IMG/VR virus record: IMGVR_UViG_2775507096_000001
Coordinates: 34,757 to 98,756 of that record
Source: a virus
Taxonomy: Duplodnaviria; Caudoviricetes
Direction: 5' to 3' (one strand)
DNA length: 64,000 bases
Made by a program: the position numbers and the translations under genes. Shown in pieces: positions 46,560 through 54,747 of the stretch. The notes beneath the pieces were generated by a model. That model ran no database searches, was not told the DNA's origin, and saw nothing but the letters and a program-made list of their open reading frames with translations. Numbering within the stretch: the first letter of the stretch is position 1; each line of letters begins with the position of its first letter.

Positions 46560-47897
46560 GTGCCGACGTTGCTGGTCGATTACGTGACGGTGGGCGGCGT
46601 GGAGGTGGTCAACCACGCCCGGCTGCGCCAGTATCTGCGGACGGTCGGCTCGCCGCTGACGAGCGGCGCGGACATCTGCGGTTGCGAGACGCTCACTTCG
46701 GAGGTCCTCGACCCGGACGGGCTGCCGTACACCACGCCTGACGATCCGCTGACCCCGGCCGAGTGGTACGACCCGGACGCCCCGGAGAGCGTCGAGTTCG
46801 CCGGCGTGTTGCTGCTCAGCATCGACGGCATCGACGACTACCCCGTGGAGCGGTCGGTGAGCACCGCGGTGACCGGCGGCGGATCGATCGGTCCGGCCCG
46901 GGTGCAGCCGAGGCAGATGACGTTCACGGCGATCCTCCTCGGCTCCACGTGCTGCGGCGTGGAGTACGGGTTGCAGTTCCTGAAGGCAGCGTTGCAGGGC
47001 TGCACGGGCTCGCAGTGCGGCGGGGACTGCGTGGAGATGTACGCGTGCTGTCCGGGGGAGGAGATGACCCGGGAGGAGTTCAACGCGGCGCACCGGCGGA
47101 CCTTCCGGCGGGTGGCGTTGACGTCCGGACCGAAGGTGACCGGCCGGAACGGGGACGGCTCGTGCGCGGGCGGCACCTGCTCCATGGGAGCCGACATCAT
47201 TCAGGTGGAGTGGACGATGACGGCGGCGAGCCCGTTCGCGTACACGGACCCGGTGGAGCTTCTCGACGTTGGGTTGCCGACCGACACCGACGGCGAGTGC
47301 ATCCAGTGGTGTGTTCATCCGCCGGGCGGGGCGGCCTGCACGGGGTGCCGTCTCGCGGCGTGCGTGGACGCGGAGGACAGCTGCGCGGACCCGTCGTGTG
47401 CCTCCGCGGCCCCGCCGGTGCCGTCGGCTCCGGTGACGTGCTTCTGCAACGCGCTCGCCGTCAACGAGGCGGTGTACGAGATCGACCTGTCCGGCCGGCC
47501 GGGCTGGATGGACGACGTCGCCCAGATATCGGTGTACGCGGGCAGCACCGATCTGCGGCGGCTGACGATCTCGCTGTTCCAGAGGACGAGCGCGGACGAG
47601 GGCCTGACGTGTGAGGAGGTCGCCGAGAAGAAGCGGTGTGAGCCGTACGCCCAGTGGACGGTGTCCTACCTCGCGGCCGGGTCAGAACTCCTCCTCGATG
47701 GGCAGACGGGCCGGGCGGCGGTCTACTGCGGCGGTGAGTGCGCCCCGGCGACGACGGTGTTCGGCCGGGACGGGGCCCCGCCGTCGTGGCCGGTCCTGGA
47801 CTGCGCCGAGTACTGCCTGCTGCTGGAGACGGACAGCTTCGAGCCGCCGGCGGCCGACACCCGGCTGTCGCTCGCTGTGTCCGGAAGGGCCCTGTGA
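46560..47897 (+). CDS. Distal tail / minor tail protein (Cys-rich)
   Basis: Follows tape measure; EVVN.AR, WYDPDAPES.EF.G; about 26 Cys. Confidence 0.75.
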   Translation: MPTLLVDYVTVGGVEVVNHARLRQYLRTVGSPLTSGADICGCETLTSEVLDPDGLPYTTPDDPLTPAEWYDPDAPESVEFAGVLLLSIDGIDDYPVERSVSTAVTGGGSIGPARVQPRQMTFTAILLGSTCCGVEYGLQFLKAALQGCTGSQCGGDCVEMYACCPGEEMTREEFNAAHRRTFRRVALTSGPKVTGRNGDGSCAGGTCSMGADIIQVEWTMTAASPFAYTDPVELLDVGLPTDTDGECIQWCVHPPGGAACTGCRLAACVDAEDSCADPSCASAAPPVPSAPVTCFCNALAVNEAVYEIDLSGRPGWMDDVAQISVYAGSTDLRRLTISLFQRTSADEGLTCEEVAEKKRCEPYAQWTVSYLAAGSELLLDGQTGRAAVYCGGECAPATTVFGRDGAPPSWPVLDCAEYCLLLETDSFEPPAADTRLSLAVSGRAL

Positions 47898-48919
47898 TGG
47901 CCGGCCTCGGGTGCGCGGCCGAGTACACCGCGTACATCTCCGACCGCGGGGGCGCGCTGCTGGCCCAGGCGCAGACCATCACGAAGCTGGAGTGGAACCG
48001 GCTGCTGAACGACGCCTCCACGGCGCGAGTGACGATCGAACCGGATTGGGACTGCTGCGGCCCCTTGGGCGACATGCGTGCGATGAGGCACTGGCTCCAC
48101 ATCTACCGGAACGACGTCTACGTGTGGGGCGGGCAGATCATCCAGCCGACGTGGGGTGTCGGCACGGTGCAGATCGCGGCGGCCGACATCGTGTCGGTCC
48201 TCAACCGGCGCACCCCGCACGAGACCCGGGCGTTTACGAACACGGACCTGACGGAGATCGCCGAGTGGGTGATCGAGGACGCCATGTTCCCGGACGATCC
48301 GGGGCACAGCGTGAAGGTGCTTCAGGAGTCCGGCGTCCTCGGTTCCCGCGCGTACCGGGCCGCCATCGGGCAGAGCGGGGACCACTTGCGGGACCTGGCG
48401 GACTCGGGCCTGGACTTCACGGCCTTCGGGGAGACGCTGCTGCTGATGCCGGATGACTGGAGTGCCAGCGTCGGCCGGCTCACCGACGCGGACCTGCCGG
48501 ACGGGCTGAGTGTCGCGGAGGACGGTACGGCGCTGGCGACGCGGTGGATCGTGTACGGCAGCGACGAGTCGGGCGTCGTGGGCGTCGCGGGCGGCACGCA
48601 CCCGTACTACGGGCTGATCGAGCGCAGCGTGCAGGACACGAGCATCACAGACCAGGCGAGTGCCGACGCGGCGGCCCGGTCGCGGCTGAACGCGTCGCTG
48701 CCGGTACCGGTCTACCTGGACTCGCAGGAGGTCACCCTGTCCCCGGACGCCGGGGTCGACATCGCCCGCCTGGTGCCGGGCTGGTGTGTGGACGTCACGA
48801 CGACCGCGACGTGCCGGAACATCTCGCAGCGGATGAAGATCACCGGTGTGGCAGTGTCGGCGGACGGCGGGGGCGAGCAGGTGAAGGTCCAGTTCGGACC
48901 CGTGAGTGCGGAGGACTGA
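47897..48919 (+). CDS. Baseplate hub / minor tail protein
   Basis: TGATG coupling; W.R.LND.S.A, LHIYR..VW.G, L..LA..GLDFT, LVPG. Confidence 0.72.
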   Translation: MAGLGCAAEYTAYISDRGGALLAQAQTITKLEWNRLLNDASTARVTIEPDWDCCGPLGDMRAMRHWLHIYRNDVYVWGGQIIQPTWGVGTVQIAAADIVSVLNRRTPHETRAFTNTDLTEIAEWVIEDAMFPDDPGHSVKVLQESGVLGSRAYRAAIGQSGDHLRDLADSGLDFTAFGETLLLMPDDWSASVGRLTDADLPDGLSVAEDGTALATRWIVYGSDESGVVGVAGGTHPYYGLIERSVQDTSITDQASADAAARSRLNASLPVPVYLDSQEVTLSPDAGVDIARLVPGWCVDVTTTATCRNISQRMKITGVAVSADGGGEQVKVQFGPVSAED

Positions 48920-49377
48920 TGGCGTACCGGCCGGCGGCGAGACTGATCCCGGACAACCCGATGGCGGGCGTCCTGCGGGAGGCGCAACGGGCGGCGCGGC
49001 AACCGGGGCCGCGCGGCCGGCAGGGAGACCAGGGCGAGCCGGGCCCACCCGGACCGCCCGGACCGCCGGGCGTACAGGGTCCGGCCGGCCCGAGGGGCGA
49101 GCCGCCAGCCGCCACCGTGGTCAGCACCGCGGCTGACGGGCGAGCAACCTGGGTGTACGCGCGCCCGTTCACGCAGCCGCCCGTCGTCACCGCGACCGCT
49201 GTCGACCCCGACCCGAGCGACCCGCGCGGCCTGTTCGTCACCCTGGAAGCCGTGACAGCCACTCAGGCCAGCGTGCGGGTGTGGCAGTCGACCGGCGTCC
49301 TGGTCGGCGGGCAGACCGCAGTACCGGCCGGGGCTGGCGTGAAGGTCCACGTGATGGCGGCCGGCACCCTCACCTAG
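48919..49377 (+). CDS. Minor tail protein with short collagen-like segment
   Basis: (G-X-Y)n GPRGRQGDQGEPGPPGPPGPPGVQGPAGPRGEP, then F..PPVV. Confidence 0.75.
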   Translation: MAYRPAARLIPDNPMAGVLREAQRAARQPGPRGRQGDQGEPGPPGPPGPPGVQGPAGPRGEPPAATVVSTAADGRATWVYARPFTQPPVVTATAVDPDPSDPRGLFVTLEAVTATQASVRVWQSTGVLVGGQTAVPAGAGVKVHVMAAGTLT

Positions 49378-49424
49378 CGTCGGGTCCAGGTGATGACGCC
49401 GGACTGCCCGCTATCAGGCTGAGG

Positions 49425-49724
49425 TCACACGCCGACGTACTTCTCGTACGCCCACAGGTAGTCATCCCTCTGGAACCACCAGTTGCCGTAATCGTTCTGG
49501 CAGTACTGGATGATGTAGAAAGCTCCGCCGCCGCGGGCGGCGACCCGGCTACTGCCGTAGGGCTCGACGTGCCACGGCGTGTTCGCCACGAACTGGTTGT
49601 AGTCACCCGCCACATAGCAGTCTAGCTGCGCGGGTGACGTGGCTGCGGCGGGCGCAGCCAACGCCCCCATCAGCAATCCGATCCCGATTGCGACACTGGC
49701 CAGAGTGCGCCGGACTGTCCTCAC
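49425..49724 (-). CDS. Small secreted protein (99 aa), antisense moron in the tail module
   Basis: GGGAGGG RBS; signal peptide MRTVRRTLASVAIGIGLLMGALAAPAAA; two Cys; aromatic-rich; lower GC. Confidence 0.78.
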   Translation of the reverse strand: MRTVRRTLASVAIGIGLLMGALAAPAAATSPAQLDCYVAGDYNQFVANTPWHVEPYGSSRVAARGGGAFYIIQYCQNDYGNWWFQRDDYLWAYEKYVGV

Positions 49725-50007
49725 GGCTCTCCCCTCCCATGCAGTCGACGTAGCGTCGAACCGCCCTGTCATCTGTGGCTTTTTGGACCTTTCGCGTGAC
49801 TTCTCCTTCGGTGGTCACAAGGGTGGCACGCATGCCCGTCAGCGGGTAAGACGCGATCCGGTCTCGCCGATGGGGTCGTGCTGATGCGGGTGGGGCGGCT
49901 GGGCCGGCCGGGGCGGGCGGCACCCCCGGTGGGGTGGGTCGGCTCGACGCTCCGGTGGTGCCTGTCCTCAGCGTCTCTCCTCGGGCCTCGCCGTCCTGGT
50001 AGCTCGC

Positions 50008-50040
50008 TACGCTGGAGCCGGAAGTCGTTGGTTGAGGGCC
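50008..50040 (+). promoter_or_regulatory. Late promoter + leader motif (copy 5)
   Basis: TACGCT(50008)-N15-TGGTTGAGGGCC(50029). Confidence 0.6.
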
Positions 50041-50071
50041 AGACTACGGAATCGGACATGTGGGGCGTTCC

Positions 50072-50794
50072 GTGTCGAGAGCCTGCGCAGACGGAAACTA
50101 CTTCGAGATCAACGACGACGGTGAGCTGACCATGGTGCCCGGGTCGATGGGCCTGCGGCAGATCCTCACCTTCAAGACGCCGGGGACGTTCACGTTCAAG
50201 AAGGAGAACTATCCGTGGCTCTCGCGTGTCCGGGTCATCGTGCAGGGCGCGGGCGGTGGCTCAGCCGGGGCGAACGCAGCCAGCGGCCAGTGCATCGTCA
50301 GGCCGGGTGGAGCAGCCGGCGGATACGCTGAATCGCTGATCGAGGCGTCAGCGCTCGGCGCGACGGAGACGATCGTTGTTGGCGCGGGCGGTGTGGCAGG
50401 GACAGGCAACGCGGCCGGCAGCGCCGGCGGCAGCAGCTCCTTCGGCGGCTTCGCCATAGCCAACGGCGGAGACGGCGGTACCGCATTCCAGAACTCGGCG
50501 ACAAGCCTCGACGCTGTGTCCGGCGTGACCGGGACGGTCGCGAACACGGGGAATGTGATCGCGTCGGGTGGAGGCGCGGGCGGCGGAGCGATCCGGCTGA
50601 GCGCCACACAGGGGCTGGGAGGGGCCGGCGGAGACAGCCGGCTTGGCTTCGGCGGGCTGGCCAGGTCCACCGAAGGCCCTGGAACAACGTCGCGTGGCTG
50701 GGGTGGTGGCGCGGGCGGCCCGGTCTCCTACGGCGCCGCCGAGAGCGGCGCGGACGGCGGCGGCGGCATCGTCATCGTCGAGCTGTACGGGTAG
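50072..50794 (+). CDS. Glycine-rich minor tail/fibre protein
   Basis: VIVQGAGGG..GGAAGGY..VVGAGG..GGSSSFG..GADGGGGIVIVELY. Confidence 0.8.
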   Translation: MSRACADGNYFEINDDGELTMVPGSMGLRQILTFKTPGTFTFKKENYPWLSRVRVIVQGAGGGSAGANAASGQCIVRPGGAAGGYAESLIEASALGATETIVVGAGGVAGTGNAAGSAGGSSSFGGFAIANGGDGGTAFQNSATSLDAVSGVTGTVANTGNVIASGGGAGGGAIRLSATQGLGGAGGDSRLGFGGLARSTEGPGTTSRGWGGGAGGPVSYGAAESGADGGGGIVIVELYG

Positions 50795-50829
50795 CCCTCG
50801 CGGGCACCTGCTCGTACAGGTGTGCGGGC

Positions 50830-50859
50830 TAGACTTCTGCGAGCCGCTGGTTGTGGGCC
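50830..50859 (+). promoter_or_regulatory. Late promoter + leader motif (copy 6)
   Basis: TAGACT(50830)-N12-TGGTTGTGGGCC(50848). Confidence 0.6.
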
Positions 50860-50889
50860 GGGCCAGGATCACCCGAGAGGGGAAGCATC

Positions 50890-51720
50890 TTGGCCAGGTG
50901 TCAGTGCGGTGGCGGCGGCTGCAACTGCGTCATCGTCGCCGGCGAGAACACGACAGTCACGGGCGGCGGCAGCACCGCGAACCCGTACGTCGTCAACGCG
51001 CAGGTCGACTGTGCTGATGTGCGGCCCTGCATCTCCGCGGGGCCAGGCGCGACGTACGACCCGAACACGGGCGTCGTCGGCGCGCATCTGTCACCGGACG
51101 CGGGTAACAACCTCGTCCTGGACCCGAGCGGCGGTCTGTTCGTGCCGACCGGCGCGGCCACGGTGTCGACGGGCTGCGGTCTCACCGGCGACGGCTCGGC
51201 GAGCAGCCCCGTGCGCGCGCGGACGGGCACGTGGGACTTCCCGTGTGACCTGGACGCGAACGCGGGCCGGGTGTTCTGCGACTCGACGGGCGTGCTGCGG
51301 TCCGAGCCGCGTGGCCGAACCTTCTTCCAGCAGCAGTCGACGACCGATAACAACCCGAACACCCCCGTGCCGGCGGTGTATCCGACGCAGATCGCGGACC
51401 ACTCGCTGACGTTCACGAACCCCGACAGCTGCCGGGACATGTTCGTGATCTGCGAGACGGAGCTGGACATCGATTTCGACCTGCCGCCGGGCTCCGGAGC
51501 TGCGTGGGGCATCGTCGGCGACGAGCAGGGCCGCTTGTCGAACACAGGCAGTTCGACGCAGTTCGACGTGCACGCGCAGCTGACGAAGGTCTTCCACCTC
51601 ACGGTCGGCCCTGGTCAGACCTTCACCCAGCACCTGTATGTGCAGGCCGGCACCGGCTTCGGCGGCGCTCAGTACAACAAGGTCCAGTCCCTCATCAGGG
51701 CCTTCGGGATCATCCTCTAA
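50890..51720 (+). CDS. Minor tail / fibre protein
   Basis: TTG after GAGGGG; MARCQC..CNC..VTGGGS.ANPY, SPDAGN.L....GLFV fibre motifs. Confidence 0.72.
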   Translation: MARCQCGGGGCNCVIVAGENTTVTGGGSTANPYVVNAQVDCADVRPCISAGPGATYDPNTGVVGAHLSPDAGNNLVLDPSGGLFVPTGAATVSTGCGLTGDGSASSPVRARTGTWDFPCDLDANAGRVFCDSTGVLRSEPRGRTFFQQQSTTDNNPNTPVPAVYPTQIADHSLTFTNPDSCRDMFVICETELDIDFDLPPGSGAAWGIVGDEQGRLSNTGSSTQFDVHAQLTKVFHLTVGPGQTFTQHLYVQAGTGFGGAQYNKVQSLIRAFGIIL

Positions 51721-51729
51721 GGAGTCGGC

Positions 51730-52026
51730 GTGCCCACGATCTACTACCGCACCGCGGGTGGCAGCCTCGTGCAGGCGGAGGCGAGCGACGGCGTCCACCT
51801 GGAGGCCCCAGAGGGCGCAACGCCGCTCGACCGTGCCTCGTACGAGGCCGCGCAGGCGGCTGCCAAGGCCGCGCGTGATCAGGAGAGGGCCGCCGCGCAG
51901 GCGGCGGAGCAGGCCGAGGCGAAGGCCGCGCACGACGCGCTGGCGCAGCTGGGCCTGCCGGCGTCTGTCGTGCAGCGGCTGACGGGCTACCGGCCGGCGG
52001 ACCACGAGCCGGACGGGGGTCACTGA
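51730..52026 (+). CDS. Small tail-associated hypothetical protein (98 aa)
   Basis: AAGGAG RBS; Ala-rich helix. Confidence 0.75.
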   Translation: MPTIYYRTAGGSLVQAEASDGVHLEAPEGATPLDRASYEAAQAAAKAARDQERAAAQAAEQAEAKAAHDALAQLGLPASVVQRLTGYRPADHEPDGGH

Positions 52027-52994
52027 TGTCCTGGTGCCCGTTCGCGAAGAAGCTGGAGCTTCAGCCCGAGAGCGACGCGCAGCCGGCGATCCGGCCCACG
52101 CAGTTCATCGCGCACAGCATCGTCGCGCCATGGACGCCCGAGCGTACGTACGAGTACTGGCGCGACTCGACCAACCTGGAGTCGCACTTCGGGCTGGGCT
52201 ACGACGGCAGCCTGGGGCAGTTCATCGGCACGCAGACCCGCGCCGATGCGAATGCGGCGGCCAACCGGCGCCCGGACGGCACGGGCGCGATCTCGCTGGA
52301 GTCCGCGTCCAACCTGGAGGCGTCGGACCCGTGGACGGCCGAGCAGGTCGAGACGCTGATCCGGCTCGGTGTCTGGGTGCACCAGGAGCACGGCATCCCG
52401 CTGCGGCTGTGCCGCTCGGCGGACGACCCGGGGTTCGGCTATCACCGCATGTTCCGGGAGTGGAACCCGGACGGCCACTCGTGCCCTGGCGACGCCCGCG
52501 CGACGCAGTTCAAGGAAGTCGTGCTGCCCGGGATCATCGCGCGCGTCACCGGCCAGACGCCGCAGACAGGAGGGGATGACATGCCCGAGTACGTGAACCT
52601 CGGCATCACGAAGGCGTACCAGCTCGCGCCGGGTGTCTGGGACTCGATCGAGTTCACGCAGGAGTGGACCGACGAGACCGGCGACCACACGCCGAACGGG
52701 GCCGTCGTCGTCCGGGGCGGCGCCCGGTTCACCGGCACGCTCAGCCTCACCGTCACCGGCCTCGCCAAGGGCGAGGTCGTGCAGGCACGCATGAGCGAGT
52801 TCTCCGGGGAGACGCACGTCCAGGACCACCCGATCGACGAGCTGATCGGGACCGACGGCGACACGTTCGCGGTCGTACCAGTCACCAAGCGCATCGCGGC
52901 CGGCCGGACCATCCGCTTCCGGCTGCTGAACCAGGGCGCGAAGCCCGTCAAAGTCACGAGCGCGGTCGGAACCCTGCTCGTGTGGAAGGAGTAG
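52026..52994 (+). CDS. Endolysin, N-acetylmuramoyl-L-alanine amidase (Amidase_2-like) + C-terminal domain
   Basis: FIAHS, ESHFG, ISLES, GYHRMF, HSCPG (Zn ligands His/His/Cys). Confidence 0.88.
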   Translation: MSWCPFAKKLELQPESDAQPAIRPTQFIAHSIVAPWTPERTYEYWRDSTNLESHFGLGYDGSLGQFIGTQTRADANAAANRRPDGTGAISLESASNLEASDPWTAEQVETLIRLGVWVHQEHGIPLRLCRSADDPGFGYHRMFREWNPDGHSCPGDARATQFKEVVLPGIIARVTGQTPQTGGDDMPEYVNLGITKAYQLAPGVWDSIEFTQEWTDETGDHTPNGAVVVRGGARFTGTLSLTVTGLAKGEVVQARMSEFSGETHVQDHPIDELIGTDGDTFAVVPVTKRIAAGRTIRFRLLNQGAKPVKVTSAVGTLLVWKE

Positions 52995-52996
52995 CT

Positions 52997-53290
52997 GTGC
53001 TGCTGATCTCGCTTCTGCGTACCGTCGTCCCGCTCGTCGCCGGGTGGATCATCGTGGCCCTCACCCATCTGGGCTTCAGCCTCGACAGCAACACCGCCCA
53101 GGCGGCTGTGACGCTCGCGGTGGCCGGCGTCTACTACGTGGTGTTCCGGCTCGTCGAGCGGACCGTCGAGAAGTTCGGCGGGCCCGCCTGGGTCAAGGGC
53201 GCGGCCGGCGCGCTGCTCGGCTGGGCCCAGCCGCCCCGGTACAAGCCGACCGACGACGTCGCCGAGCTGGTGCGCCAGAGCCGGTCATGA
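52997..53290 (+). CDS. Holin (probable)
   Basis: After endolysin; SLLRTVVPLVAGWII..YYVVFRLVE..LLG..PP.Y, two TM segments. Confidence 0.75.
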   Translation: MLLISLLRTVVPLVAGWIIVALTHLGFSLDSNTAQAAVTLAVAGVYYVVFRLVERTVEKFGGPAWVKGAAGALLGWAQPPRYKPTDDVAELVRQSRS

Positions 53291-53610
53291 CCACACAGCC
53301 ACCGCCCGATCCCGGCGTCTACATCTCGCTGCCGCAGATGTACCAGGAGGTGCAGCACGTGTCGCGCCTGGTCTCCCGCATGGACGGCAAGCTGGACGGG
53401 ATTCTCGCCGAGAGCCGGGAAATCAAGGGCGACGTGTCCGACCACGAAGCCCGTATCCGTGCGCTGGAGCTAGGCGAGACACCGCGGCAGCAGCGCAACG
53501 ACGCCCGGCTGTCCTCGCTGGAGTCCGGGCGGTGGCCGCTGCCGGCGCTCGGCGCCCTGACCGGACTCGCCGGCGTCGCGACCGGCGTCGCCGCCCTGTT
53601 CATGCGCTGA
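53287..53610 (+). CDS. Lysis-cassette membrane protein (coiled coil + C-terminal TM)
   Basis: ATGA overlap; DHEARIRALE..RWP + hydrophobic tail. Confidence 0.72.
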   Translation: MTTQPPPDPGVYISLPQMYQEVQHVSRLVSRMDGKLDGILAESREIKGDVSDHEARIRALELGETPRQQRNDARLSSLESGRWPLPALGALTGLAGVATGVAALFMR

Positions 53611-53623
53611 CCGTCCCGAGACC

Positions 53624-53661
53624 GAGCCCCGCCCCCTCACCCGCTCCAGGGGGCGGGGCTC
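53624..53661 (+). terminator. Terminator-like hairpin ending the late operon
   Basis: GAGCCCCGCCCCCT-N10-AGGGGGCGGGGCTC. Confidence 0.7.
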
Positions 53662-53676
53662 TGCCATGCTGACGGC

Positions 53677-54066
53677 ATGGACGACGCATCCGACCTCGAC
53701 GAGTGGCTCGCCCGGCTGCCCAAGCCGTCGCCGCGCGAGGCCCTCGCCGAGCTGCTCGCCGCGCGCGAGGCCGCCGCCTCGGCACCGCCGCCCGAGCCGA
53801 CGACGATCCCGGCGCCCGACTACCCGTACCCGCTGGGGCACCCACTCGCCGGCACGCTCCGGTTCTGGTGCCCGCTCGGCTGCGGCTGGTACCACGACGA
53901 ACGGTCGCACCTCGACGCCCCCGCGCAGCCCCTCGCCGTGCCGGTCGACCCGGCCCGGATCTCCCAGGCCCTCACCGAGCAGGCGAACGCCCGCGCGGCA
54001 GCGTTCCGGGCGCGCGTCGAGCAGATGATCGCCAGCCACTTCGAGCAGGCCCACCCCGGCCGCTGA
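53677..54066 (+). CDS. Hypothetical protein, probably leaderless
   Basis: CATGCT -10 6 nt before ATG; CPLGC...H...H. Confidence 0.7.
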   Translation: MDDASDLDEWLARLPKPSPREALAELLAAREAAASAPPPEPTTIPAPDYPYPLGHPLAGTLRFWCPLGCGWYHDERSHLDAPAQPLAVPVDPARISQALTEQANARAAAFRARVEQMIASHFEQAHPGR

Positions 54067-54150
54067 CCGGCCGATGTCAGACCCCCTGAGTAGCGTGGTG
54101 GCGTCCTGTACGAGAAGTGCATCTGGCTGCGTTGCTCTGGATGGACTTTG

Positions 54151-54179
54151 CGCCCCCGCCCGGCTACCGGGCGGGGGCG
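54151..54179. terminator. Hairpin between convergent genes
   Basis: CGCCCCCGCCCGG-CTA-CCGGGCGGGGGCG. Confidence 0.65.
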
Positions 54180-54186
54180 GCATGCT

Positions 54187-54360
54187 TCACGCGGCGGGCT
54201 CGACATCGTCGGCCGTGAGGTCGGCCCACTCGGCGAGCAGCTCGTGGTACGCCTGCGTCCGGTCCTTGCCCGCCGGCTGGCCCATGAGCTGGCGGATACG
54301 GGCGTTGACGTCTTCGAGAGCAGCGCGCAGCGGGCCACAGGGCCGGGACGTGGTGGGCAT
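54187..54360 (-). CDS. Small hypothetical protein (57 aa; not in ORF track), leaderless
   Basis: MPTTSRP...EDVNARIRQLM...YHELLAEW; TACCGT -10 6 nt before ATG. Confidence 0.65.
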   Translation of the reverse strand: MPTTSRPCGPLRAALEDVNARIRQLMGQPAGKDRTQAYHELLAEWADLTADDVEPAA

Positions 54361-54465
54361 GGCCGCACGGTAGAGGCGGCCACCGACATCCGGTTCTGGC
54401 GGGGCTGTCCTATTCTTGTTCGACGCGGCCGATTCAGCCGCGAGCGAGTGGAACAGGACACCCCG

Positions 54466-54666
54466 ATGGCGACGACGTCACCAGAGATCGAGCTGAGCGG
54501 CTACCCGGCGCCTATCTGGACCGAGGCCGAAGCGGGCTCGTGCTCGCGTTGCCAGGCGAAGTGCAAGCGCTACGGCAGCGGCGGCAACCCGTTGTGCCGG
54601 GACTGCTTCGCCTCCGTCGCCGCGCAGTGGGGGCCCGGCGTGCGGCAGAAGAGTTACAACGCCTGA
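54466..54666 (+). CDS. Small Zn-finger protein (66 aa)
   Basis: CSRC..RYG.GGNPLCRDC; CAGGA RBS. Confidence 0.68.
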   Translation: MATTSPEIELSGYPAPIWTEAEAGSCSRCQAKCKRYGSGGNPLCRDCFASVAAQWGPGVRQKSYNA

Positions 54667-54747
54667 GCGTTCCGGACGGCCTGCCGTCCCGGCCGCCGCG
54701 CCCGTACATTGGCCACGAAGGCTCATCGTGGACGTGAGGGGCGCAGC

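Noticed and set aside
49005-49105. Collagen-like G-X-Y repeat
   Set aside because: Common in phage minor tail proteins; kept only as a feature.
49887-49942. G-run cluster (possible G-quadruplex)
   Set aside because: G/C runs are common in spacers of this high-GC element; nothing else supports a function.
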